This document shows positions 1 through 14,570 of a DNA stretch of 64,000 nt, one piece after another. The position numbers and the translations under genes are program-made. The DNA is from Octopus sinensis (taxonomy: Eukaryota), in contig NC_043005.1 in assembly GCF_006345805.1 (NCBI RefSeq), positions 63,736,001 to 63,800,000 of the forward strand, in the 5' to 3' direction. The first letter of the stretch is position 1; every line of letters begins with the position of its first letter. The notes below the pieces were generated by a model. That model was not told the DNA's origin. It saw only the letters and a list, made by a program, of their open reading frames with translations, and searched no databases.

Positions 1-906
1 ACCTCCATTATAAGACCTTATTTTTCTTCAGCAGCCGTAAAAGACAAATGAATGAGAGTGGAAAACTGCAATATACAATGTGACGTGTAGAGACATGTAT
101 GATTATACCTGTACAAGTTCCGTTTCCTGCAATAAACGGAAGTTAGTCAGGGGAAATCTTTAACAAACAACCCTCGTATATATATATCATCTGTCCATGT
201 TTTAATTGACGTAAATATATATTAAATCATAATAAAACTTTCTCTGATAGAGTTCTCTGTAGCTACATAAAAGTTAAGGATATACTTGTTACTATTAAGA
301 AAACTGACAGCAACTTTAAAGTTTTACCTGAAATACGGCTTCTTGAAACTGTTTGAATGTGTCGTATCTTTGCAAACTTGAACGTCATTGCCAATTAATT
401 TTATAAAAAAAAGTAAATGTAACTTGTACGTGCTTATGCTTGCATGCGTAAATCTCTCTATATATACACACAACACGTATTTATATATACAAGTTGTTTG
501 TGCATGTAAACACACACGTATATGCACATACATGTAAATTATACGCTTGTGTGCGTTTCTCTCTCTCTCCTTCCCCTCTCTCTCTCTCTATATATATATA
601 TAAATATAAATATATATATGTATATATGTGTGTGTGTGTTTGTGCGTGTATGTGTGTATTTATGTATATATATATGTATATATATATATAGGTGTTTCGT
701 ACATGTATGATATACATATGTTCACAAATAATGAAGATGTTTATACACAATTTTCTGTATATAAAGATATAAATATACATATACATACATATGTGTGTGT
801 GTGTGCGTCTATATTTGTGTGTGTGTATGTCTGTGCATGCATATATGTATGTATGCATGTACGTATGTATGTGTACACAGAGATGGGAAAAGTGGGGGTA
901 ATGAAG

Positions 907-914
<8 letters not shown>

Positions 915-973
<59 letters not shown>
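915..973. repeat. (TA)n microsatellite within a CA/TA/TATG low-complexity zone (about 480-1000)
   Basis: Direct reading. The overlapping YI/VC-rich ORFs in the track are translations of these repeats. Confidence 0.95.
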
Positions 974-978
<5 letters not shown>

Positions 979-3410
979 CAAACACAGGAGCACACGTATT
1001 TACATGAAGAATTTTGAGATATATCCACTACCGCAACTACCACAAAATGTACCTTCAGGTAAACATCTAAATTTACATGCGTGTACACTTACATGAATAA
1101 TGTAAATATACTAGCAGATATTCTCAAGAAGCGATATAATACGAAGCAATAATAAAGAATTCTTTAAAATGTCGTTTACACTTGGTTGGAATAATCTGCA
1201 CCAAATGTTTTCTTTTAAAGAACTAGTAATTTGCTTCAAGGAACCAAATACATTCATTCAACTAAACAATGTATCAAATATTCTACGTTTGTTAGCAACT
1301 AAAACAGAATACATGTATGTGTGTGTGTGTGTAATTTATGGATATATGTAAATAATTGTGTATATTTTTCTATTTCACTAATGGCTATGTTTGTTTGTTT
1401 GTTTTTTCCTACTGCTTGCATATTTCTCTGTCTTACGTATCTCCGTCCCTGACTTTTTGTTTCTCTGACGTTCCTGTCACTATGTCTTTATCTATTTGTC
1501 TTTATGTATGTATGTATGTATATATGTATGTATATATGTGCCTGTGTATGCGTGTGTGCGTGCGTGTATGCGTGTGTATGTCTTTATATTTGTTTTGCAT
1601 GTGTATAAATGAATGCAAGTTTTTTTTTTATTTATTTTCTATTAAGCTTTATATATATACAAATCATTTACGCCTACCGAGGAAGCATATATAAGCTCCC
1701 TATCTCTCTTCCTCCCTCTCTTTCTCACTCTGCATATATGTGTGCGTATGTGTGTCTGTGTGTGTAGTCATAAATACATACATATATATGTGTGCGTGTA
1801 TGCGCTTGTATGCGCGTGTGTGCTTGTGTGCGTATGTATCTATAAACGCACACATATCAACAACACGCATTCATACATGCAAAAGATTTTACGTATGCAT
1901 AGAATTATCGCATGGAAGCCTAAGGTTTATTCTAAGAGCCATGACGTAACTGAAGTTCCATGGCATTTATTCTATTACATGCTAGAACGTATTTGGCTAG
2001 GTTTCCGCCTATTGCATGTAGGTTGCCTAAATGATCTTGTAATTGATCCCAAGAAGATACACCTAATAGGAATATAAATCTATATATTGTAAAAAGCTAA
2101 CCATATATCATACTAAATACATGTATTAAGGGATGCCAATTACATTTCTATTAAATTCGTAGTGCAATATTAGTGAAGCAAAATTCTTGCAGTTGTCATT
2201 TCTAGTTAGGATCATTTCGGGCGCCATCGAACAGACCTGTAACCAAAGTATACTATCCCTGACTGTTTTGTCTTATATTCATACTTTGTTTACTTAGAAC
2301 TACATCAGTCTACATTTCGATCGTTTCGTATTTAAGTGAAAGATGTGACTTCAGGTAGATTTAGCTTCTACTTCTTTAAGGCGCTCATGTCGTGGACCGT
2401 AACAGAAATCTCCCAAATTCTCTCTTGTAGCTTTTTACATACTAACGCAAGAAATTCAACGCAGTACTATGAACAGTGCATTTCTGCTACAATACGGCCC
2501 TTTAGAACCAATTTAAAAGCATTTCTTTGAAATATCGGTTGCTGAACACAGAGTTGTGGAGCAAACCTCACGTTGTCCCTTTAACAAATCACATGCCGTG
2601 GCTCTCTTGGTATGTCTTCTGGTACTCTATTCATAGAGTCACACTCTCCGTAACTTCCTATACATTCACATGCATTTATGTGAAATATCGATGAGTTATT
2701 ATGGAAGAAAAGAAGGGAGGAAGACCTGCGAGAATAACGATGATATGCAAAACGAGGTGAGAGACAATACAGATATAGTTTTTGATAACGATACTGGTGC
2801 TGCTTATGGAATTGTTGCGTTGTGATGAAAAGAGTGTTAAGTGTAGTCAAAATTTGGTGAGAGATTATACAATGTATGAGGTTGACAAGAAGATGACTAT
2901 GATGATGATGATGATGATGATGATGTTGATGATGGCGGTGGTAGTGGTAGTCCTGGTGATGATATTAACTTAAACAACGATCTGAAATTTGCGTTGTAAA
3001 GCAGTAAAATTAAGAATCTTATTTTTAAACCCTCTTATTTGGTTCTTTCATTCTTCTATTGTCTCCCACTTATATTTTATTCGAGAAATTCTGAATCATG
3101 ATTTATGAATAGTTTAAACATTTACGTTCGTATTTGTATAACTAGTTTCATGTGTCTTTTACAACCCCTTAAATATTTGCTATTCAGATTTAAATGTTTG
3201 AATATTTTGGGCTTGGATACTTAATTGATGCAAAAATAAAAAAGACAGAGAAGTATAAAACGAAAATAAATTCATTCTTTAGAATTTTCAATCATTTCGT
3301 AAAATAACATTACATAAAATTCAATGAATCTCATTCCGAAAAATATGTTTTTGGTAAGAAGTAATAAAGTTTCACAATAAACGACTAAATAAACACGCAA
3401 ACACATACAA

Positions 3411-3484
<74 letters not shown>

Positions 3485-3922
3485 ACACACGCACATATAC
3501 ATGTATGCACATAGGTACACATACAAGCACCTGCATATACACAGATGTATGGACATTCAGATACAGTGTAGAAGAAAAGCTGAAACAAACTCAGACATAA
3601 TTATATTTTTCCCACGAATCTTAGTTTCTTTGGAATATTCCAGTTGCACTCATATGTTGTGACCGATCATTAACATTTAGTAACGTCTCCATTCATACAG
3701 AGGAATGGCAGGTACATCCTCTAATAAAAATATATATTCACTTACAAACAAGCATGGAATTGTTTTGTCCAATAGGAATTTGCAATCTACGATTCCTGAT
3801 AAAGCGCCTGTCTCTTAAATGCAATCACACTAAAGGTATGTTCATAAATCTTTGTCACCTGTCGTATTTGAGAGCACTCGTGCTTCATGACAGTTTTCTA
3901 TGTCAGTTTTTTCGCTTAACAG

Positions 3923-4093
3923 ACCTACCAACCATCTTTAGGGCTTGAAAATACAATCTCAAACACTGGCACTTCCCCTCCGACTCTCCAAATACTTTAC
4001 TCTGGTCCTCAGCAGCTACAAATCCTCTACAGCGGTCAGAGATTAAATGTACTGACATCTTGGAGCGCAATGAGAGATAGTCTACTTGCCTAA
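3923..4093 (+). CDS. Candidate coding exon of an unknown host gene (TYQPSLGLENTISNTGTSPPTLQILYSGPQQLQILYSGQRLNVLTSWSAMRDSLLA*)
   Basis: Preceded by a pyrimidine tract and AG (ttttttcgcttaacag). Open for 56 codons. LQILYSG occurs twice with only synonymous differences. No homology recognised and no in-phase upstream exon found. Confidence 0.25.
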   Translation, partial: TYQPSLGLENTISNTGTSPPTLQILYSGPQQLQILYSGQRLNVLTSWSAMRDSLLA

Positions 4094-4205
4094 TTGACAT
4101 CTAGTCACTCGCGGTTAGAATCGAACCTCAGTCAGACAGTGTTACTCTTTGCTCTTTCTCTTCATTATTCTTCTCTCTCTCCATCCCTCTCCTTCTCTTT
4201 ATTCT

Positions 4206-4246
<41 letters not shown>

Positions 4247-4769
4247 CTATCTTATTCTACTGCTACTCATATCAGTGTCCCTTTGAGCTGGCTGGTCATG
4301 ATATCTTCATTCAGCTGTTCTCTATTCACTTGCCTTTCCTCCTCTCATGACCATGTTGCACGTTCCCCTCCCACCCACAAACGAGCAGCACGAACCACGA
4401 CGCTCATTATATCCGTCTAAGAGTGTCACTCTGTTGGAAGTGCCATCGTGCATATGTCCTTCTTACATTCGTAGATATATATCAGTTTAAACAGAACATT
4501 AACAGGATCGATCTGACTGGCTTCTGAAGGCCTGAAAACGAAAGGTCCACAGCTCCTTCCTCCATACAAAATTGTGTGAATGACTGATTTTTCCTGGTTA
4601 GTTTGTCATTTTACAAATTACTATGAAATATTTCACTGACATAAAGTTCAGACAAATTGAAGGAGATCAAATGATACAGAATAATGGTAAATACTAGTGT
4701 TTCGGACAGGATTCAGCTGCATAGATAAAGGAAAAAAATCCCCAGAAAACAAGTAATAAACATATGCCC

Positions 4770-4856
4770 ACGGCCATATGGCATCTTGGTTAAGAGTGTG
4801 GGCTACTAAACCCAAGATTCCGAGTTCGATTCCAAGCAGTAACCTGAATAATAGTA

Positions 4857-4890
<34 letters not shown>

Positions 4891-5050
4891 TGCGCTGTTT
4901 ACCTTGATATGAGATCACCATGTCGCGCACATATGGTTGTGATGCATGTGCCTGGTGTACCCTTATCAGACGGGTAGTCATGATGGGTATATTGGGCTTC
5001 GTATATTCTACTCCAGTGTCACTTTGATGGCATGCACTGCTCTCTCACTC
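4770..5050 (+). mobile_element. tRNA-derived SINE (head, (AAT)n, body)
   Basis: A-box-like TGGCATCTTGG and B-box GAGTTCGATTCC at about 4778-4833. The body end matches the reverse complement of about 21935-21985. Confidence 0.7.
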
Positions 5051-5109
<59 letters not shown>

Positions 5110-5190
5110 TAATAATAATAATAACAACAACAACAACAACATCGAAAAATATCTTAGGAATGAGAACCCAGGTTCGAAATTTCCCCTAAG

Positions 5191-5234
5191 ACACCTTAAG
5201 AATGCTGGAGGGTATATCAGCCGAAACGGTGTGT
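5191..5234 (+). ncRNA. Decayed minimal type I hammerhead ribozyme
   Basis: ACAC-CTTAAGA-A-TGCTG(gagggtatat)CAGCC-GAAA-CG-GT-GTGT. Stems I and II pair, but G5, G10.1 and U16.1 are substituted. Confidence 0.55.
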
Positions 5235-6746
5235 TAACAACAAATAAGATTAGAACAAATATCCGCCGAATGTAAATAATATAATAATAATGTAAATAAT
5301 GTACATAATTCTTCCACATCTCTTAAATAAAAAACTGAAGTAATAAACACTTAAGTATGAAATAAAGTGGAAGAACAGTAGTGGGAAATTTAGAAGGGGT
5401 TGTGGTGAAATTGTTTAAAAAATTTCAATATATCTGATCAGAAGTAATAGGGCACTCACGTTTATTCGCATACACATGAAATGAAAGCAGGAAGTAGTGT
5501 TAAAATGCTCAAAGTTACAGGCTACTAACGTTGACACAGAGGTCAAGTTAAACCCTAACTTATAGCATCATCAAACCCCAACTTATACCATCATCTTGTT
5601 TTCTGAAAATGGGTCTACATGTAACTTTACAATTTGCCTATCCTTTCAGCACATGCTTTATTCGATATTTCAGAAAATTTTTCAAATGATTTTTACTGAT
5701 TTCAATCAACATTTGTGAATGTCTATGAACTGTAGATTCTCTTTTCCTGTGATGGCTAACATTAAACACAGCGATTAAAAGAGATTGGCATGAGACAAGC
5801 AGCTGCTTTTAGAAATCACGTGAAAATTGTGAATATAAATTCAGACTTAAATATTTGTGCAGTAAAGAAACAGCCGCTGCAGGGTATCAATCCTAAATAT
5901 TATTAGCTTTGAAAAGCATAATGTTAGGAACAATGCCACAAAGATCATATGTAATTATCGGGATGTATGATGAGTCCGTCATCATGACTCGACGGAAATA
6001 TAAGCTCTGCTCAACAAAAGATGAAGGTAGAGAAGCAGAAATTTCATGGTTTAACTTCAACGCTGATATCACTACCAACACCTTCCTCACCATCACTATA
6101 CGAACTTCATGATGGCAAGCCAGTGCAACAATTGTTAGATATCATTACTTGTCTTTTACTGACAACACCACCACTGGACCACCACCACCACCATGTTTGT
6201 ATCATCATCAGTATAATATTCCAGTTCCATGCGTCTATACATGAACTGCACGAGCCACGCCGTCCTCACTCAACTTGCTAGGAATAGCGGCTAAATATAC
6301 AAATTACATCAGAAGAGAACGCGTTATATCGTCTGATACAGGGTTCTATGTAGATAAGAAATATAGGAGATTGCTATGTCTGGAATGGCGTTTATCACGG
6401 GGGTCTAAATGACCACAGCTGATGTGGGTTTAAAATCAGCAACTGCACCCCACGTAAACTTGACGTGCTAGAATTAGCAGCTAACTTAACCCAGGAATCA
6501 CATGTAACCGCTTCAAAATAGCGAAGGACACATCGATATGGTCTTGGTTATACTATTCCCAAAAAGACAGAGTACTCATGGAAGGAAAAACTTTGAACAT
6601 AGATCTGGTTATTCAGAGCAACGTGGGTCTGAAAACAACAACAACAACAACAATAATAGATAGCAAAAATGGAAGTAAATTCCAAGCTTTTCTTTGGTGC
6701 TTTTTTGTATAATTTAGTAAAATGATGCAAAGTGGAGTATTTCTAT

Positions 6747-7320
<574 letters not shown>

Positions 7321-7323
7321 TAA

Positions 7324-7398
<75 letters not shown>

Positions 7399-8032
7399 GA
7401 TAGATAGATAGATAGATAGATCTAGCCCCGTAAATAGTTGCTGACTCTTAGTTTAGTCAATAGTCTGTTGATAAATATGCTATTATGAGTACGTAAATGA
7501 GTATAACATTTTGTCTTTTACTTACACTATTTGTCGAATACATTTGTAAGTTGCTTTCTCTCTTCTAAGGAAGAAATTATTTCTTTTTCAGAGAACAAGC
7601 ATTAGGATTGAATCAGAGTAGAGTGTACAGGTGAGTCAAGATATGAAAATCATATCTAAAATGACCAAAACTCACTGTACGCCATGGCAGTGCCTGCCAA
7701 ACTTTTCAGGAAGTTAGTGTCCCATGGTACGCACGTGCACACGCGCGCAGGAACACACACACAAGCACATACGCACACTTATATACATAAAAATATCTCC
7801 GAACCCCAACGATATACACATACACATACAAATGTACAAATATGCTTATATATATATATATATATATATATGTACTCATGATCGAATGTATATTGGCAAA
7901 CATACAACCGCATACATACAGGAATAAGCGTATAGAGTCGGACACAACCCCGTCTCTTTCGTTTCTTATCTCACTATTTTCCCCTCTCCATATATATACA
8001 TACATATTATATATATATATAAGCGATAAACG

Positions 8033-8322
8033 TCGCCCTTTTCAAGCCTAGCCAGGCTCATGGGCCCGCTTTCCCGGTTTCTGTGGCGTATGTGTTCCCC
8101 CCAGCTGGACGGGACGCCAGTTCATCGCAGCGTTACTCGAGAAACAGGAAGAGAGAGCGAGAGAAAGTTGTGGCGAAAGAATACAACAGGGGTCGCCACC
8201 ACCCCCTGCCGGAGCCTTGTGAAGCTTTTTAGGTGTTTTTGCTCAATAAGCACACACAATACCCGGTCTGGGAATCGAAACCGCGATCGAGTCCGCTGCC
8301 CACTGGGCTATTGCGCTTCCAC
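8033..8322 (-). mobile_element. tRNA-derived SINE (family A, V-domain-like tail)
   Basis: Reverse complement has a tRNA-like head with B-box GGTTTCGATTCCC and shares body GCTGTACTCTTTCACCACAACTTTCTCTC-like sequence with the 32526, 46078, 56446 and 61694 copies. Confidence 0.85.
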
Positions 8323-8324
8323 AT

Positions 8325-8584
<260 letters not shown>

Positions 8585-9139
8585 TGGGAGAGATATAAAT
8601 ACACACACTCGCGCATACAATTCCATATATGTACACACACACACGTGTATGAAATCATATCTATATCGAAATCAAAGTGAAAGTAATTAAAAGCAAGCAA
8701 ATGGCGTATTTTTAGTTTTATAACTTAAAATTTTAAAATACACAAGATTCTGCTGCAAGCTTCTTCGTGTAATTATAGGAAATAGAAATAATAGTTTTCT
8801 CACGTATGATTTAGAATTTTCCAATTGTTTCTCCTTCTTTTGCTGTTTAAATTCTCCCTTTCTCGATATGTATTTATGTTTCAAAACCATCGCAGTAAAC
8901 TTATATTTACCTTCTTTAAAAGTAAAATCATATGATTTTTCAAAAATGGCGATACTTCAAATATAAGAATACTAGAAAATATTGTCTTTGAATTTCGTAT
9001 CATAAGAAACAAGGCATATCAGGAAGTATGGATAACATTCTGAAATGAAAGGATAAAGATATAAAGACAGAAAAGTATGATATTGCTTTAAGTACACGTA
9101 TCTTTCAATTGTTCTAATGCAAAACGTATATATGTATAT

Positions 9140-9880
9140 ATTGCGTTATCCCATAAATAACGCGGTTTTTTCAATTGTATGAACTAAAAGTCGGATGGGG
9201 ACAGGATAAACTACCTGCATCAACTTGCTATAAAAGCAGTTAGTGATTTTACCTTGTACTTATTCTTACAAGTTTTCAAGAGTGCAGTTCCATCGTAACA
9301 GTTTTTTCTTTTCAAAGCTATAACGGAAGTGGCAAAGGAGCATATTTGGCATATTTTGCTTTATGAGTTCAATAAATGCAACAACGCAACGAAAAGTGCG
9401 AGTAATATTTATGCAGTATATGGAGATCGGACAATAAGCGTAAGGCGGTTCCAGAAATTCCGAGCCGGAAACTACAGCCTAGAAGACGAGCCTCAGCCTG
9501 GATGATCAGTAGAACTCGACGAGAACGTCCTGCAAAAACTGGTGGAAGAAAATCCCATTGTAACTGCTGAGGAACTAGCAGAGAGGCTTCGATTTGGTAA
9601 TTCAGCCATTCATCGATACCTGCGTGTCAGCAGATTGGGTCAATGGGTTCCTCACAAACTTTCCGAGTCTAATCGCGTGCAGAGTGTAAATGTGAGCTTT
9701 TCTTTGCAGTCACGTCACACGAATGAACCATTTTTGGACCCTTAAGTGACTGGTGACGAGAAATAAGTTCTCTATGAAAATGTCAAGTACCGAAGACAGT
9801 GTGTAGGGAAAGGAGAAACACCGGCCCCTCTGGTTAAAGAAAGTGTTCACTCACGTAAGATTTTGTTATCTGTTTAATCC
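9140..9880 (+). mobile_element. Mariner DNA transposon relic, 3'-truncated
   Basis: TIR-like CCCATAAATAACGCGGTTTTTT at about 9150. Broken transposase with GQWVPHKL and VTGDEK motifs. Same family as 19015-20195. Confidence 0.9.
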
Positions 9881-9977
9881 ACTTTGAATTTTTAAACCTA
9901 AATCAAACAATAACGAAAGATATATATATATTATATATATATAATTTTTATATATGCATGAACACATGTACAGACAG

Positions 9978-10000
9978 TAGATAGATAGATAGATAGATAT

Positions 10001-10099
<99 letters not shown>

Positions 10100-10100
10100 A

Positions 10101-10155
<55 letters not shown>
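9978..10155. repeat. (GATA)n/(GACA)n microsatellite
   Basis: Direct reading. Confidence 0.95.
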
Positions 10156-12556
10156 TCATATATGTCTAAATTATGTTATGTGAAATCGCATTTTCTTGGC
10201 GATAATGAATAACTGTATCTCTGGTCACAAGGTTGTCAAGAGATATTGTGGGACTAAAAACCACTTCACATCGCACGTGGAATTCCGAGCATTTATATTT
10301 CCAAATGGATCTTTAGAACTGTTTGTATCTATTCTAATAAAAACTATTGATTTGTGTCAGCTACAGATTCTTTATCGGAGTGATGTACATCGTCACGCTG
10401 GAAACAATGAGAGCACAGGAGACAACGACAGAGCTTCAAATTGGTTACTCTTCTTCATTAAAGTCCCTGTTCTGGTTAGTTCTCAGTCAGCAAATCTTTG
10501 TTGAAAGATATTCGTGCTGTGAATGTTCCGTGTTTTTATTTTTCTGTGGAGACGATAGTTACACTACCCAATGTATTTTCCTTCGAGACGGTTCTGAGTT
10601 CTAGCAAATATCATACCCGCACGTATTCATTTCGTGGTTATTTGTAGGAGGCACTTGCCATATGTGTCATCTAGTACGATCAAACCAAAGTCGACATTGT
10701 TTCAAAGCAATCTTGTGAACGACAAAGCCATTCTTTTATTCGTGTTAACTTCTCTTTACATCACACACTCAACCTGACTTTCTTGGCTTCTTTCTCATAC
10801 ACAAACGCATCCACAATACTCTGTCTCTCTGTGTGTCTGTCCGTCTGTCTGACTCTCTCTCTCTCGCTCTCTTTGTCTCCTCCTCCCTCTCTCTCTCTCT
10901 TTCTGTATCATGCTCACTACAGAGCGGCACCTTAGTTAAATATCATACAATCTTAATGTTCAGGATTGATATACCTTTGACTACAAGTGATTTATACATC
11001 CTTGTCGATGTACATTTCACCGTAATGCTTCTCTTTATATAAATCAGCTGTCCTTACATCTATATTTACACAGCTTTTATAGTACGTTACATAGTTTCTG
11101 TATGTGAGTAGTTATTATTGGTAATATCTGTAAAAAGAGAAGAAAAAAACATTTATGACTGTAATCTCATCTTTTCTGTTGTTTCTATTTCCGTTTATAT
11201 TACACGCTATATTTATCAAGTTTATGTGCTGTGTTCAGGGTAGATACAAATTTAATTATATCTGGACCTATTTCAGTAATGGCAGCCATACTGGTCAGAA
11301 ATTGCCGCAAAGCTTGCTATGTTTTCCGTGTTATATGTATACCTCTTTCTCCAGTGTTTCCTTCCCTATAAAACTTAATACGATATTTGCACAGGATTTC
11401 GATTTTCGCACCTTCTTTTTTCTATACGCTAGAACTGTAGCTGTTTCAGTTCAATACACTTCTTTCTGCTGGTGGTTTGGAATTTCTCCCAGGTTTACAT
11501 TCAATCCTAAGGCTTCTTTTTTATCAAACCTAATGTTGTTGCCATAAAACTATATGTACTAAACGTTCTGCGACTCTACTATTAAAGGCCTATTTTACAT
11601 ACTCTTTGTCAATTTGAATGAATTTTCGTGGGTTGTTTGACTAAGCCATCAAATATTATTAATTATGATTTATAAAGGTAGTTCCATTAGAAGTGCTTAA
11701 CATTGAATCCAGCCCTAATACGTGTACATATCGACTTATATGTCACAAGCTGTTGTAAGTAGCTGATATTTTATCAATACGATTGTAAGTAGCTGATATT
11801 TTATCATTACGTCTGTATCGATTATATTTTCTCTTCTAGTTTAGTTTCATTTGTTCTTATTGTTTTGGTGTGGTTTGTTAGTATTCCTGGAGGGTTTTAT
11901 GTCTCCAAAGAATTTACTTAAAATTTATGTACGTGAAAGAAATGTGGAGGAGATACAAGGGGACACTAGCAGATATTGCCTCGTACAATGGTTCGTGAGA
12001 TATATTCTCGAAGCTATGTACCCCATGTCTCCATTACCCATGGCTTCAAATGCAATAGATTGAAAAAAATAATTAATGGCATTGAATATTTGAAGATTTT
12101 TGTTCTGCAAAAACAGAGGCAGAACTCGCTAGAAGACTGCAATTTTTCACATGGATTTCAGCAAAAGATCTGTCACAGTACCCAAAGATTTGAATCATAC
12201 CAGCTGGTCTTTTGCAATCTCTGCGAGAAAAAAATCTACTACTTTCAGATGGATATTTATTGAGGAATATTCTCCATTCATTATCATCTCCGAACGTCTT
12301 GACGTGTAAGTCTGTGTAATCTCAAACAATAAATTGAAGACCTCTACAGGTATTCAAAGTATTTTATATAGCATTTTACAAACAATAATTTCATAGGTTA
12401 CAGTTTTCCAGTGGACGGGCTATCAACTAGTGCACATCAAATATGGTGATGGAAGTGACAAAGGATCACTTATGTAGCACGAGAAGAGAAAATATTACAG
12501 ATGATTTCTATTCAAAAGAAACAGCTTAAAGATTTTCTTTCGGATGTTAACATATT

Positions 12557-12588
<32 letters not shown>

Positions 12589-13427
12589 TGCTGAAAAAGA
12601 TAAATATTCGATGGGATTCACCATAGTTTCCACATTTGAAATTCTACACTTGAAGCCCTGATCAAACAGACTTAAGATGAAAGACATTCCATCTACTGTT
12701 ATTAGTGTACTCACGACATGATCCACTCTTCTCTTCCTTACCTATGCGGATGGGAGATGTAGTTGATTTCACTTTTGCAGCGGTATGTAGAAATACACGA
12801 AGAAATTAATATTTCTTTTGTTTTAAGACAATGGGAGTAACTTGAAGATTTTGCTGATATTTTTAGCACTTAGTGCGGCTATAAAGAAGATGCTGCGTGC
12901 ATCGGTTTGTAATATAAGTGCGTTTGTACGTGTGTGTGTTTCTACATGTGTGTTTCTAGTATGATTGTGCCAGATATGAGGGAAGCGATCTAATATTCCT
13001 TACAGTTGGTCTTATTACTCAACGCTGAAGGATTTTTATGGTTCTTAATGGATAAAATCTACGTTTTGAAATTCAGTTATATATAGATATAAAATCGCTG
13101 CTCCAGAACATCGTATTAAGGCTTATACAGGCGCGTTGTCAAGCGTGTGAAGCTTATAATACCAAATTAGTTTCTTGATATCATGTAGCTATGGTTTCTT
13201 CTTGCTATCGAGAGGCACCAGCATACTTCATATGAATTGGATAACGTTGTCAAGAGATTTTTTCCTGTCTATAGTGCAGCGAGTATGCGCGTGTGTTTCG
13301 TATTTGTGACGAAGGTTAAGGAAGCATGAAATGTTATATCCGCTGCGTAGGACACAGTAGTAGGAACAGCCGATAGGGTATTGAATATATATATATATAA
13401 AAACACACACACACACACACACATATA

Positions 13428-14292
13428 CAGGGTGCGAGGGGTAAATTGTCGCCATTTTATACATTTGATTTCGCGTATGCACATTGCTTGCTTTTGATTT
13501 TGTTAACTACACAGTATAGTAGAGTCGGTTGGGCACCGTCACTGAGACAAACAGCACCATGATGCAATTCACTCTGCCAGAAATTTGGAAACGACATGAT
13601 GCACTGCTTGGCATTCGCACCGGAAGCTCCAATACGGGCATTTCAGAGTGCTTGGCTGTCAATCTAAGGACACGTACCGAGAATGAGAAAAATCAAACAT
13701 ACTGTTAACACCATGGTGTTTGGAGTGATCACTTGTGATGGCTGCATTCATCTCCCCACACGACCTCACACTCAACACGAAAGGCCTACATCAAGTGCTT
13801 GGATGAGGTCAAGTGGGCGACACTGGGTCAATATGGTACCTGCTGGAAGACCATATGTATGGTAACAGGACTCTGCACCATGTCACAAGTAAGGGAACCC
13901 AGTCATGGCTGTCAGACAACTTCTGCGATCACATCACCCCAAACATCTGACCACCTAACTCCCCAGACTGCAACCACTTTGATTATTATGTGTGGTGCGC
14001 AGTTGAGCGACAGACCAACAAAACTCCTTGTAACATCAAAGATGAACTGAAGACTAGGATTATGGCGGCATTCGCCAATTTAAACAAGGAGACCGTCCAG
14101 AAGAATTGCATGAGATTCCGAAGTTGTCTAGAGGCTGTGGTTGAAGCAAATGGCAATTTTATTGAATGAATTTACTCTTTACTCTTTCAAGATATTTCTA
14201 TTGAATTTTGGTAAATATATCTCTTAAAATGAAATATTAGTGTTATTTTCATTTTTGCGTAGTTGAGGCGACCGTTTATTTACCGCACCCAG
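13428..14292 (+). mobile_element. Internally deleted Tc1/mariner element, maT (DD37D)-like
   Basis: Imperfect TIRs CAGGGTGCG.../...CCGCACCCAG. Degenerate C-terminal transposase YVW*QDSAPCH...PPNSPDCNHFDYYVW, about 37 residues between the last two Asp after repairing one frameshift. Confidence 0.8.
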
Positions 14293-14376
14293 AACAGACA
14301 CACACACACACTCACATATACAAAATACACACACACACTCATACACACACACATACACACATACACACATACACAC

Positions 14377-14450
<74 letters not shown>

Positions 14451-14570
14451 TAGATAAGAAAGTTGATTTGTGAAAGCACGTGGGTGAATATATAAAAATA
14501 GTAAAGAGTGAAAAAACGACAGAAGGCTTAAATATTAAAAAATATATATATTTGCGTCACAACACTAAAT

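Noticed and set aside
481-1017. Many 60-180 aa ORFs rich in YI, VC, HT, YLSI or poly-N/M/V here and throughout the window
   Set aside because: They are translations of (TA)n, (CA)n, (TATC)n, (AAT)n and similar microsatellites, with no protein complexity.
2560-2870. Cys-containing minus-strand ORF as a transposase zinc-finger relic
   Set aside because: Motif spacing is too degraded to assign.
4770-4856. Genuine tRNA genes at the tRNA-like heads (also 46010-46078 and 56447-56520)
   Set aside because: No complete cloverleaf or acceptor stem. The heads continue into SINE bodies, some with TSDs.
5965-6010. ATGATGAG-TCCGTC...GACGGAAA hairpin resembling a hammerhead
   Set aside because: C3 is missing, the stem II register does not fit the core, and stems I and III are absent.
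10196-12330. Complex-looking stretches (10200-10700, 11850-12330) as exons or transposon relics
   Set aside because: No recognisable motif, no consistent splice sites and short frames.
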